64,000 nt of DNA. Source: an uncultured virus (IMG/VR IMGVR_UViG_3300005920_000007). Its lineage: Duplodnaviria; Heunggongvirae; Uroviricota; Caudoviricetes. Below are positions 9,938-19,614 of this stretch, one piece after another (within the stretch, counting starts at the first letter, position 1; every line of letters starts with the position of its first letter). The position numbers and the translations under genes were made by a program. The notes under the pieces are model-generated. The model ran no database searches and was not told where the DNA came from. It worked only from the letters and a program-made list of their open reading frames with translations. The DNA is taken from the IMG/VR virus record IMGVR_UViG_3300005920_000007; one strand, 5' to 3'.

Positions 9938-10750
9938 ATGAACACACCTAAGTTATTTTTTACCACGCTTGTTAATGCTCTGCGCACTAAAGATGATGCA
10001 AAGGCATTGCGTCAGCACATGAATGACGTGAACGCCAAGCACTTCGGAAACACCCAAAAACCCGCCAAATTGTTCGCTTATTTCGCTGACATGATGGGCA
10101 CATCAAACGCAAACAAGCTATCAGCGTTACTTGATGAAAAAGTCAGCGACAATTTTGACGATCCTGCAACCTTCATCAGCACACTACTTAGCCCCATGAT
10201 GTCGCGTGTTGCGCGTGTTGGCGAAGTGGGTAGAGTGATTTCAGGTAGCGACCCAGCCCCTAGCTGGTTTATGAACCTTCCATTATTAACCATAAAAACG
10301 ACGGGATACACCGACGATCCTGAAAAAACCACCTGCTATCTTGGCGTTATTATCAACGTTGAATACTCTAGGGCCTTCGGTAAACTTATCGTTGATGCAA
10401 CATTAGCATTGTTTGATGATGCTGATCTCTCTGCCTGTGATATTGGATACGAAGTAGAACTTGAGACGCAAAATGACATCACCGAATACTTTAGTAGCGA
10501 GATGGAAATGGGATTTGGTCAAGCGACAAGCATCTCACTTCATGAGGGCGGCAAATTATTCTCCTCGTTAACTGGATTAACAACCTCTACGTTTGATGAA
10601 GGTGACGAACCCATTATCCCCTTTCTCGTCAACGGGATTGGCCATGAGCTAATTCGAACATTGTCGCCGGTGTGCGACTTGACGTTAAATTGCGGTGACA
10701 TCGCATGCCAACAGATGTTTTTAGCATCCGGTAAAATAGAAAAACGTTAA
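9938..10750 (+). CDS. Leader-associated family protein C
   Basis: GGAG RBS; motif KPAKLFAYFADMMGTSNANKL; acidic C-terminal domain. Confidence 0.8.
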   Translation: MNTPKLFFTTLVNALRTKDDAKALRQHMNDVNAKHFGNTQKPAKLFAYFADMMGTSNANKLSALLDEKVSDNFDDPATFISTLLSPMMSRVARVGEVGRVISGSDPAPSWFMNLPLLTIKTTGYTDDPEKTTCYLGVIINVEYSRAFGKLIVDATLALFDDADLSACDIGYEVELETQNDITEYFSSEMEMGFGQATSISLHEGGKLFSSLTGLTTSTFDEGDEPIIPFLVNGIGHELIRTLSPVCDLTLNCGDIACQQMFLASGKIEKR

Positions 10751-10813
10751 TTTGTTCATAAAAAAACGCCACCGGCAACCTGGTGGCGCTTGTGTTCTTT
10801 ATCGAAAATCGTC

Positions 10814-10860
10814 GAGAAAACCCCGTGATCAGAGCGAAGCGATGTCGCTGGGTAGTTCAC
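10814..10860 (+). mobile_element. Possible IS200/IS605- or IS607-type right-end relic
   Basis: GAAAACCCC...AGAGCGAAGCGA...GGGTAGTTCAC resembles remembered tnpB-element 3' ends; no transposase present. Confidence 0.35.
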
Positions 10861-10932
10861 TTTAGAGGTGATTGACTACCTACACTGCCTGTGAGACAAT
10901 GGCTATTGTCAACACAACGTAGGTAATCATTT

Positions 10933-11649
10933 ATGACATGCTCTCACCACCCAATGCCAGAGTTACAGGTAAGCTACCATGATGCCTCTTGCATTATTGA
11001 CGGTAAAGGCATTTCTTTTTCTGACGATAATCTCATCATGCACTCAGGGCTTCATGGTTTGGGTATGGCATATGTTATCGCCAACAACCTTCAAAAAAAC
11101 GACCAAGAAAATCACATCTTTCTTAGGCGTGCCGACATGGTGCCTGATGGCATTATTGATACAATAAAAACGACTGTTAATGTAAAAAGGAATCACTTAA
11201 CACTCTATCGCAAAGATGTGGCGGACTTCTTTCACGACGCAACCGGCTTTTTCGTCACTTACTTTGAACATGGTATTGGGATAACTAAGCTTCATAGCGC
11301 TGGTGGCCCTTGCGTTAAACAAAACGTCTATGCCACCGTGGTAACCCCAGATGGCGAACATTTTACTGGCACAAACCTTTGCCGTAACCCGCAAAAAGTA
11401 TGCCCTCGTGAAGTGCAAGGCATGAAATCCGGAGAAGGATACGAACTTTGTCAAAGCGTCTGCCAACAAGATGCGCATGCGGAGGTCAACGCCATCGCGC
11501 TGGCAGGGAAAAAGGCGAAAGGTAGTATTTTGTACCTCTCCGGCCATCTGTATGCCTGCGTAGGCTGCCAGTCGGTGATAAAAGAAGCAAATATTGCAGA
11601 GCTTCGAGTTATGAATAGCCGCGTTCCTTTTTATCGTTCAAAACCATAA
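10933..11649 (+). CDS. dCMP/cytidine deaminase-domain protein with unknown N-terminal domain
   Basis: HAEVNA and YACVGC zinc motifs. Confidence 0.85.
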   Translation: MTCSHHPMPELQVSYHDASCIIDGKGISFSDDNLIMHSGLHGLGMAYVIANNLQKNDQENHIFLRRADMVPDGIIDTIKTTVNVKRNHLTLYRKDVADFFHDATGFFVTYFEHGIGITKLHSAGGPCVKQNVYATVVTPDGEHFTGTNLCRNPQKVCPREVQGMKSGEGYELCQSVCQQDAHAEVNAIALAGKKAKGSILYLSGHLYACVGCQSVIKEANIAELRVMNSRVPFYRSKP

Positions 11650-11689
11650 ATAAAAGTTGCACCCGTAACCACACTTTGTTAATATTTAA

Positions 11690-11856
11690 CTGTCGCCGCT
11701 AATAGCGACTGCCTCCTCCACCCTAACGGGCAAGGCCCATATTAGCGATGCTTTTCGACCTGAATCTTATTGAAACTACTGTCGCCAGCGGTTCATCAAT
11801 AACAGGCGCAAGGGAGGAACGGACTGTTATATTGAACCGAAAATGGAAACAGTATT
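11690..11856 (+). ncRNA. Structured leader D
   Basis: Promoter TTGCAC(11657)-N17-TAATAT; TCCTCC 11714-11719 pairs with GGAGGA 11813-11818 in the loop of ATAACAG/CTGTTAT. Confidence 0.65.
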
Positions 11857-12771
11857 ATGAAATTCACTACATCTTTCATTGACGCAGCGCTCGCACGCTT
11901 ACGCAACACCCTTAGCCTTCACGTATCGCGTGATCGTGTGTCTTCAGAGTTAAAACGCATGGCCTACAAAGCCGATGCCGACGATAAGGCGAAACTTAAC
12001 GCGCTACGTCATCAGCTTGATACCCTTGCGCTTGAAGACACGCCAATGGACAGAAAACGCGCACAGGAAACCCTTGCAACCGTACTTATCGGTCGGAATT
12101 ATGCGTTACTACAGCGCGATGCGATTTGCACTGACAACCCTACTCCTGCGAACTTTAATGCAGCCAGAGAAATGCTGGGCAATGCATTATCGCTGTTGCA
12201 TGACATGCAGTATTATGAGCGTTCAGCAAAGCACGCCTACGCACAATTGCTTAAGTTGCTCACTGAGCATGCAGGGGATGCCTTGCCTGTTCATGGCGAT
12301 GGCATCACACCATGGGAGAGCAGCGCTTCGCTGTTCGCATTTTATCGTGATAAACTCATTGCGCATAAGCCGACATTCACCTACACCGTTGAAGACTCAG
12401 CCGCGCCGCTTTTTACTCGTTCTGGATGCGACAAATACAACGTCAAAGTCACATTTGCTTTTGGCGAACACACCATCAAGCTGACTTGGGATGTCGCTAA
12501 CAATGAGTATGCGGAATTTGATGATGAGAGCATTGACATCGAACTTGACGGTTCCCCTATTGAGGAGGTTACGAACTTAGAGCCTTGTGATAATGGGAAG
12601 TATGTATTCGACCTCGTTAGTGATGTCATGTCGGATTACTTGAGAGAAAATGTTAGACTTGCCGACGACGACGTTAAGCCTCCAACAGATCCGTCACGCA
12701 ACGCCGAACGAGAACTCACAATGAATGCGCTTCTGTTAAGCCAGAATCCACCTCCACCAATAAACAAATAA
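11857..12771 (+). CDS. Leader-associated family protein D
   Basis: Motif DRKRAQETLATVLIGRNYALL. Confidence 0.8.
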   Translation: MKFTTSFIDAALARLRNTLSLHVSRDRVSSELKRMAYKADADDKAKLNALRHQLDTLALEDTPMDRKRAQETLATVLIGRNYALLQRDAICTDNPTPANFNAAREMLGNALSLLHDMQYYERSAKHAYAQLLKLLTEHAGDALPVHGDGITPWESSASLFAFYRDKLIAHKPTFTYTVEDSAAPLFTRSGCDKYNVKVTFAFGEHTIKLTWDVANNEYAEFDDESIDIELDGSPIEEVTNLEPCDNGKYVFDLVSDVMSDYLRENVRLADDDVKPPTDPSRNAERELTMNALLLSQNPPPPINK

Positions 12772-12780
12772 GGTCGTTTT

Positions 12781-13407
12781 GTGAACATCATAAAAGAAGT
12801 GGCGGCGCTTTCGCCACTTCGCCGCAACCAACAAATCATGTCGTTCTACCTACTGTTTGTCAATGCGTTGCTTGGCGCAGCAATTGTCATGCTGTACGTT
12901 GATTTATTTAATGCAGATGGACTAGTGCTTAAAAACTATGCGCTGTCAGTACTTGGCCTTGCTATTTTCATTCCTGCCTTAGGGAAAATGCCTAAAGAGC
13001 ATCCTATGAAAACCTTTCATATCGCCATTGGTTTTGAGGTGCTCGCTTTTGTTTTCTATATGCTTACAATCTATGACGTTTTTCCTCACGTGATATTGCC
13101 GATTGCGACAATTGTTACGTATTCTTCAAATATTATTATGTCGCCCATACTCAACCAAACCACCAGCATTGTTACCGCAGGTTGCGCTGACTATTCGTTA
13201 CTTAAATCAAAGCTTGATATGCTCTATACCGCAATAGGTGCGGCGGTAGGTGCCTGCTTTGTGATCTTTGACGTCCACCTTACCGTCGTCATGGTAAGTT
13301 ACGCGTCAGCATTGATTATGGCGCGCTATTATCGCCACAAAGTGTTAACTGAAATATATAAGGACACGCCAGAAAACATCCTTGATGGCGACGCCTCAAA
13401 AGCATAA
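12781..13407 (+). CDS. multi-pass membrane protein (about 6 TM)
   Basis: Several hydrophobic segments. Confidence 0.75.
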   Translation: MNIIKEVAALSPLRRNQQIMSFYLLFVNALLGAAIVMLYVDLFNADGLVLKNYALSVLGLAIFIPALGKMPKEHPMKTFHIAIGFEVLAFVFYMLTIYDVFPHVILPIATIVTYSSNIIMSPILNQTTSIVTAGCADYSLLKSKLDMLYTAIGAAVGACFVIFDVHLTVVMVSYASALIMARYYRHKVLTEIYKDTPENILDGDASKA

Positions 13408-13470
13408 AAAGATTGCATTTAGCCTCTCTTTTTGAGACAATAAAAACGTCAACACAACAGGAGAAACTTC

Positions 13471-13971
13471 ATGCCAACATCTGTTTATCCGGCAGAGCAC
13501 CCGGTAGCGATACAAGATAGCTTCGCATTGCCTTTGCGTGTCGTCAGCGAGCAGGTTGTCGCGTTAGATAAGATTGCTACCATACTGGCAACGAATCTGT
13601 CGAAAAGCGACTTGCTGAGTGAAACGTGTATCACCGCACACCGCACTGCTATCACTAATATGCTGTCATTCCGCGACGCCCTGATGGCGGCCGAGGATGC
13701 CGTGGGTTACCGCGACCAGAGTCGCCTGCTTACTGGCATTAGCGAAGCGCGAATTGTGACCGACCCGAATCCACCAGCATATACGGAAGAAGAGGAGTTT
13801 GACCTTCTCATTGAACAAGACATTCGTTTTCGCACCGTGTTTTCTGAGCTTGAGCGATTCAAAGACACTTCACTTGTTGCGCCTGACTATCAAGACGCAA
13901 TCACTGAGCTTAGCGCGTTCGTTTGCCAACACATTCGCTCAGCGAAGTATATCGTTCAAGCCTATCTTTAA
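13471..13971 (+). CDS. hypothetical protein
   Basis: Follows repeat copy 13413. Confidence 0.8.
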   Translation: MPTSVYPAEHPVAIQDSFALPLRVVSEQVVALDKIATILATNLSKSDLLSETCITAHRTAITNMLSFRDALMAAEDAVGYRDQSRLLTGISEARIVTDPNPPAYTEEEEFDLLIEQDIRFRTVFSELERFKDTSLVAPDYQDAITELSAFVCQHIRSAKYIVQAYL

Positions 13972-14014
13972 TTAATGGAGGGCGGCACATCGGCCGCTCT
14001 CAAGAGGACTTCTT

Positions 14015-14272
14015 ATGTCAGATACACTATTTAAGTCGAGCTACTACGATCAGTACTTTACGGAAGATTGCGTTGAACGTGCGCTTGAGGAATATGAAAG
14101 CTTCTGCAAACGTGACAACTTGCCATTTGAGATCGGTGACGATGTGGAACACGCCCTCGAAGCGCTTAAAATGGAACGTGATGCAGGTGAGGACGCGATG
14201 CTAAACACCGTGATGTACCACGCCATTGAAATCATGGGCATGGAAAACCCTAATGATGATGACGATGATTAG
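14015..14272 (+). CDS. small highly acidic protein
   Basis: GAGGA RBS; D/E-rich. Confidence 0.75.
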   Translation: MSDTLFKSSYYDQYFTEDCVERALEEYESFCKRDNLPFEIGDDVEHALEALKMERDAGEDAMLNTVMYHAIEIMGMENPNDDDDD

Positions 14273-14315
14273 TTTAATGAGTGATTGCTGGTTCCGACAG
14301 CGATAGCCACGACAA

Positions 14316-14660
14316 ATGAACTCAATTCATCGCAAACAAGATAAGGCCCGGGTCGACACCATTGTCATCCCAGCCTATTACATCCCATTGTCGAGTATAC
14401 GTCGCCTGTATAAGCGATATGCTCACCCACAGCATGACACGGGCTCATTGTGCAACATCATCGAGAACGTGGCATTACTCGCCTCTGAGCTTAAGCAAAC
14501 ACAGGTGGAGATAGAGCACCTTCAAGCGCGCGTCGTTGGCGACATGACACGTATATCGGCGTTACAACAACACTACCACCTTGTACTTAATCTCAAAGCG
14601 CACGTTCATCAATTTGGTAGCGCACGGGAAACCACGTTAGCGCTGACGATGCTTGGCTAA
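14316..14660 (+). CDS. hypothetical protein
   Basis: ORF, coiled-coil-like. Confidence 0.6.
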   Translation: MNSIHRKQDKARVDTIVIPAYYIPLSSIRRLYKRYAHPQHDTGSLCNIIENVALLASELKQTQVEIEHLQARVVGDMTRISALQQHYHLVLNLKAHVHQFGSARETTLALTMLG

Positions 14661-14730
14661 CCACATTGACATGTTGACATCACTCACAGAATTTGAGACA
14701 CTGACATTGTCAACACAACAAGGAATACAC

Positions 14731-15156
14731 ATGCTTTCACATACCCCTATTTATAAAAACGACGACAAGCAAGCCGTACTTGGTTATGAGCTGTCATTTG
14801 CGCTACGCGTTGGTAACGTCAGCCTTAATGTGCTGTATGAAGAAGACGAAGATGGCTCCGCGTCAATTGTCGTCAAAAGCGCCTACAAGCCACTGAACTT
14901 GACCGTTGATGTTGTTTTTGAAGATAAGCCAACACCCACCATCCAAAAAAATGACGACGAGCAAACAGCGACCGTTAATTTCCACGATTGCAGTGTTGTA
15001 GCAAGTTGGAAAGGGTTGCCTTCATGCACTGACGGCAACGGCTTTATTCAAGTTGAAATTGTTGAGACCGACATTGATGGCTCTAAGGCTGTCCTCGCTG
15101 AAGCAGGATTAAGCGGTTTAGGTATTTTGCAACTTGATGGGGTGCGCCTGCTATGA
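14731..15156 (+). CDS. hypothetical protein
   Basis: Follows repeat copy 14674. Confidence 0.75.
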   Translation: MLSHTPIYKNDDKQAVLGYELSFALRVGNVSLNVLYEEDEDGSASIVVKSAYKPLNLTVDVVFEDKPTPTIQKNDDEQTATVNFHDCSVVASWKGLPSCTDGNGFIQVEIVETDIDGSKAVLAEAGLSGLGILQLDGVRLL

Positions 15157-15572
15157 GTCTCTTAGATCGTGTTTTGTCATCAAAAATCACACCGGCACCG
15201 CTGCCTGAAATAGCGGCGAAACTTGGGGCGTCTTACGATGATATTGAGGACCTCAACTTGCCTTTCTATGACATCGCCACATCGAGCTATCCAGACAGTT
15301 ACATCATTGTAAAAACGGCGCTGTATACGCATCAAAATGCTTCATGTATGATGCTGTCTAGCGATTTATATGATGAGAACGGTAACGGTGATCATGTTGA
15401 TTCATTGCTTGACGCAGAATCACCGTGCAGCTTCGCTTCTGGACTCATGGAGACATGGACGCTTGATCTCAGTCTCAGTAAAGCGCGGATTGACGCCATC
15501 CGAGACATTGTGAAAGCAACGGTTGCCGCCAACCTTGACGGTGAGCTCGCAGAAGACTTTAAAAATTGGTAA
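15153..15572 (+). CDS. hypothetical acidic protein
   Basis: ATGA overlap with the upstream gene. Confidence 0.75.
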   Translation: MSLLDRVLSSKITPAPLPEIAAKLGASYDDIEDLNLPFYDIATSSYPDSYIIVKTALYTHQNASCMMLSSDLYDENGNGDHVDSLLDAESPCSFASGLMETWTLDLSLSKARIDAIRDIVKATVAANLDGELAEDFKNW

Positions 15573-15624
15573 TGATATGGCGAGAGCGCGTGCTTTCGCC
15601 ACATCTCTTAAAAGGAAACTTATC

Positions 15625-15822
15625 ATGTTTAAAGAAGGTGAAAAGGTGCGTTTTATCAAGGCGCACGGCTCAATGAACGCTCACTTGAAAGCCCTAGAAG
15701 GACATGTTGGCACTGTATCATGTGACAGCTACTCGTATGGAAAAACGATGGTTCGATTCAACGATGCACCCATGAAGCCTCAATTTAATATTGCCAATGA
15801 AAGGCTCGTCGCTGTGACGTGA
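15625..15822 (+). CDS. small hypothetical protein (SH3/KOW-like start FKEGEKVRF)
   Basis: AAGGA RBS. Confidence 0.65.
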   Translation: MFKEGEKVRFIKAHGSMNAHLKALEGHVGTVSCDSYSYGKTMVRFNDAPMKPQFNIANERLVAVT

Positions 15823-15892
15823 CACTAAAACATTGACAACGCCCACATGTTTTGAGATACTTGATTTGTCAACACAACATGGAGCGGCACTC

Positions 15893-16489
15893 ATGCCAAC
15901 ATTTACTATTTACCAAGAAACCGATGCACTGAACCCACGCGAAGCTGAGAACAAAGGCCGAATGCTGTGCAAACATCGTCGCTATATATTAGGCGATGTT
16001 GATGCTTCTGGTGATCTTTCAGATATGATTTCTGGGCATCCTGATTTTGATTCAGTATCTGCCGACTTTGACCGCCAAGATCCTGCATCATTGTTTCGAC
16101 TGGCTCAAGGTTTAGGCATTATTGCCGTCTACTTGGAACTGCATCTTTACGACCACTCTGGCATCACCATGTCAACGATCCCGTTCTCATGCGCTTTTGA
16201 TAGCGGACAGGTCGGAGTCATTTACATGACGCACAGCGACATGGACACCTATTATGGCGGCACTGAAGCTCACCACTGCAACCAAGCTAAAGAACACATG
16301 AAAGCCGAGGTTAAAGCGTACGACGCCTTTATTTCGGAAGACACTTTCGGCTTTCTTCTGGTCGATGATGACGGCACGATGATTTGCGAACGTTCTGGCT
16401 ATGAAGGCTGTGACATCGAGTCTAATGGTATGCTCAATGACATTGATGCGCAATATCACGAGTTAGTGCGCAAGTCCGTAAACGCCTAG
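15893..16489 (+). CDS. conserved MGE hypothetical protein (YDHSG...DSGQVG motif)
   Basis: Follows repeat copy 15833; motif recalled from plasmid/phage hypotheticals. Confidence 0.75.
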   Translation: MPTFTIYQETDALNPREAENKGRMLCKHRRYILGDVDASGDLSDMISGHPDFDSVSADFDRQDPASLFRLAQGLGIIAVYLELHLYDHSGITMSTIPFSCAFDSGQVGVIYMTHSDMDTYYGGTEAHHCNQAKEHMKAEVKAYDAFISEDTFGFLLVDDDGTMICERSGYEGCDIESNGMLNDIDAQYHELVRKSVNA

Positions 16490-16552
16490 GCACCATTTTC
16501 TTTTTTTGACTAAACCACAGGGCCGCGGTCAGCGGCCTAATAAGGAATTGCT

Positions 16553-16912
16553 ATGACGCAAAAAACAAGCTACATCAAAACCCAGCTGTCACGCCTAGAA
16601 AACAAAAACAGCGATGGCCTTAAACCTTCTGTTCAACTGTATGGAGCCGTATCCGGCAAGACGAACCAACTTAGCGTTTCGCCAACGCAACTTGATGCCA
16701 TCTCAACCGTGTTAATGATGGACGATTCAGGCGATGAAGCAAGCGCCTCAGCGCAAGAAAATGTGGGCAACGCCATTGCACAAATGCTTGGACTAAAGAC
16801 AGGTGCTGATGGCCGCTATGTTACCAACCGTGGGGCCAAAACCGCACGTGGGTTGGGCGCAACCGTACTGCAAACGATGGCGGAATCATTAAAATCTACC
16901 GCCGAGTCCTAA
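16553..16912 (+). CDS. hypothetical protein
   Basis: AAGGA RBS. Confidence 0.75.
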   Translation: MTQKTSYIKTQLSRLENKNSDGLKPSVQLYGAVSGKTNQLSVSPTQLDAISTVLMMDDSGDEASASAQENVGNAIAQMLGLKTGADGRYVTNRGAKTARGLGATVLQTMAESLKSTAES

Positions 16913-16933
16913 TTAATAATCAATCAACAACAC

Positions 16934-16972
16934 AGAAGCGAGTTTCCCCCGCCATAACCTCGCTTCTTTTTT
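16934..16972 (+). terminator. Intrinsic terminator
   Basis: AGAAGCGAG/CTCGCTTCT plus T-tract. Confidence 0.75.
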
Positions 16973-17004
16973 ATTGACATTTTAATCAATACTGGTATTA
17001 TTAA

Positions 17005-17205
17005 CACAAGTTTCGAGAGCGTTACGACGCTATGACCGAAATGTGTGTTGCAGCACACGCCGCCTACCGCCCTTTGGGTGTTTGTTTTATACAGACCGGC
17101 CACTCTTGCACCATTGAATGCACACTTACGTTTATAATCGTTTACCGCGTGAGGCTTCAAGGTTAATTGGTAGGGCTTGAACATTCACATTCGGAGAACG
17201 CTATT
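17005..17205 (+). ncRNA. Structured leader E
   Basis: Promoter TTGACA(16974)...TATTAT; CCTACC 17063-17068 pairs with GGTAGG 17169-17174 in the loop of TTCAAG/CTTGAA. Confidence 0.7.
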
Positions 17206-17832
17206 ATGAGCAACCCATTACGCCACCTTGCCACCGCCATTGTTACTGCTTGTCAAACTAAAGACAACGCAAAACACGTCAAACAGAGCACCGTCCTTGA
17301 TGTTCTTACTAAGCATGAAGGCTACAGAAGCATACAGGCACGAGACAACGCAACTGTCACGTGTAACGATGACAAACCACTGCCATCGGACGTTATCGCA
17401 CTGCGAGGGCTTCTTTACGCCAACTATCCGCATTCTGACTTACTTCCCATAGAGCTTGGTGAAGCCATCACATTTAAAGGCTCTCTCGTTTCGCACCCTG
17501 ATTGGGGAAGCGATGCACCCTTTGCCGTCATGTGGGATTTACTCAGCGATGAGCACCATGCTGCGGTCGATGAGTTTGAGCGTTGGGATCGCTTGTGCGA
17601 CCGCCTTGAAGACGTTATTGAGTCTGGCACTGACGCTATAAACGAAGTGTTGATTGCTTTCCCACCACGTATTGCGCAGTTTCTTCACGCAGAGTTTGAT
17701 GAAGTGACCGACGACACCATGTTGCCTGTTAAACAGGCTGCGGAGAAATATCGCGCCCTAGAGCGCTTTCAATCTGATGTTGAGAGTGTCACGGATGCGC
17801 TTCGCAATGCCCGTTCGGCACAAGACAGATAA
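17206..17832 (+). CDS. Leader-associated family protein E
   Basis: GGAG RBS; motif KQSTVLDVLTKHEGYRSIQA. Confidence 0.8.
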   Translation: MSNPLRHLATAIVTACQTKDNAKHVKQSTVLDVLTKHEGYRSIQARDNATVTCNDDKPLPSDVIALRGLLYANYPHSDLLPIELGEAITFKGSLVSHPDWGSDAPFAVMWDLLSDEHHAAVDEFERWDRLCDRLEDVIESGTDAINEVLIAFPPRIAQFLHAEFDEVTDDTMLPVKQAAEKYRALERFQSDVESVTDALRNARSAQDR

Positions 17833-17918
17833 CCATCATTTTATAGCCTGTGTTTGTTGACACAGGCTGTGTTTGTTGTTAACATAATAACCGTCAACAC
17901 AACAACAGGAACACACAC

Positions 17919-18161
17919 ATGAAAGTATCTCGCTTACTTGAACTCAACGAAAACCGTCGCATGAAAAAAGCGAAAACGGAAGACCTACACGGTACGGTAA
18001 CGGTCTCGGATACGCTCGCTTGCTTGGACACCTACACGTTCATTAGACAAAAAGAAGAAGGCTTCTATTTGCTGAATGTTGACCCTATCAGCGAAGAAAT
18101 CACCAGCATTCTGGTTAAACCAGAGTTTCTTAGCGCAGACGTGCTGGCTATCTTTAAGTAG
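17919..18161 (+). CDS. hypothetical protein
   Basis: Follows repeat copy 17857. Confidence 0.75.
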   Translation: MKVSRLLELNENRRMKKAKTEDLHGTVTVSDTLACLDTYTFIRQKEEGFYLLNVDPISEEITSILVKPEFLSADVLAIFK

Positions 18162-18226
18162 CCATTTCATTACGCTGCGATTAGGCGCTTCGGTGCCTTC
18201 ACTGTCTCATTGATAAAGGAAACGCC

Positions 18227-18718
18227 ATGTATAAGCATGTCACCGTTACGCTCATTCGCGCATTTTTTGCCAACGTTAAATCATTAGCTGTATTGGTTAA
18301 CCGAGTGCCTGTCTTAACCTCAGATCAAGTGGGGGATGACGAGGTCTTTGAGCGTTTAGCATCGACGCTGATCGCCCGGTTAAAGGAAGCCCATAGTCAT
18401 GTGGACTACGGCATCTACGACGTCATTATGAGTACGACATCAGCAGAAGTGGATTGGGTTAAAACCATCGACTACCTCACAGAGAAGAACATACCGCCCA
18501 CATCGTCTGATACCGCCATGTATGTCAAAGAAGTCACGGTCACCGATCCTGACACGCAACTTCCCGTCGACATCGTTATCTACAAAGATCGCAGCACTGA
18601 CGCCATGTTTGGCGTGGACAGCGCATACATATCAAGGCTCGGAGACGATGAAGGTGTGATCAGTCCTGTTAGCGGCAAAGGTGTTATTCTCGTTGAGCCA
18701 GAAGAAACCTCTTCCTAA
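18227..18718 (+). CDS. hypothetical protein
   Basis: AAGGA RBS. Confidence 0.75.
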   Translation: MYKHVTVTLIRAFFANVKSLAVLVNRVPVLTSDQVGDDEVFERLASTLIARLKEAHSHVDYGIYDVIMSTTSAEVDWVKTIDYLTEKNIPPTSSDTAMYVKEVTVTDPDTQLPVDIVIYKDRSTDAMFGVDSAYISRLGDDEGVISPVSGKGVILVEPEETSS

Positions 18719-18820
18719 CGAGCAGCGACAAGACGAACCAAGCCATCGTCAGCCTTTTTAACTAGACCATGGCAACACAGGACACACTGTGATTGCCATG
18801 ACTCCTACGGAGCCTTTGCT

Positions 18821-19291
18821 ATGTATATCACGACTTACGAAACGCGACACTTTGAGTTTATTGCCGTAGGCACCACACCTGAGAGCGCCCAGGCTGGATT
18901 GGACAGTGCCGTTCAGCGCCACGGTAAAATCTACCCTGACTGCAACGCAGAAGAGCTGTTAAACGACATTAGAGATGACGGAGTTAACCTCTACTTTATC
19001 CCCTGCGGAGAAGGCATTAATATGCTTTCTTCAGACTGCGAGACATTTAGCGGCCCAAACAATAGTGTCAGTGTTCCGTTAACCATTAACACCTATAACG
19101 GCATAACGCCAACCAGCCCAGCGCCAACGCAACGCTGCATCCCGCTTCATGGTGTTAGCGATATGCTGAGTCATGCGTCCCAATTACTTGCTGCACGAAA
19201 GGCGTTACGTGAAGGGCGTATAACCGAAGCCGCATTCGATGCACTGTTCGATGAGCTTGATGAGTCATTGTCGACATATTTCCATAACTAA
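18821..19291 (+). CDS. hypothetical protein
   Basis: GGAG RBS. Confidence 0.75.
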   Translation: MYITTYETRHFEFIAVGTTPESAQAGLDSAVQRHGKIYPDCNAEELLNDIRDDGVNLYFIPCGEGINMLSSDCETFSGPNNSVSVPLTINTYNGITPTSPAPTQRCIPLHGVSDMLSHASQLLAARKALREGRITEAAFDALFDELDESLSTYFHN

Positions 19292-19358
19292 TAATTTTAT
19301 GTTGCAATGCGAGCTTGATTTTGGTATATTTTAAACGTCAACACAACAGGGGAACAAT

Positions 19359-19556
19359 ATGCACCTTAGCCAACTTATCGACAACGCCTGCGAGTCAGTA
19401 ACCAACATTAACCTGACGCTGCAAAAAAGCAAGATGGCGCTCATGTCAGATGCCTCATTCACACAAGAGCAAAAGCAAGCCATTTTAACAATGCTGGAGC
19501 CAACTGAAAGCGCAATATCACAAGCTACTCAAAGCTTCGTCATTTCGGAAGAATAA
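19359..19556 (+). CDS. small hypothetical protein
   Basis: Follows repeat copy 19302. Confidence 0.7.
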   Translation: MHLSQLIDNACESVTNINLTLQKSKMALMSDASFTQEQKQAILTMLEPTESAISQATQSFVISEE

Positions 19557-19614
19557 TCTTAACGGTGACAGCCATTCGCTTTCACCAACACTCTCTATCC
19601 ACTAAGGAAACACT

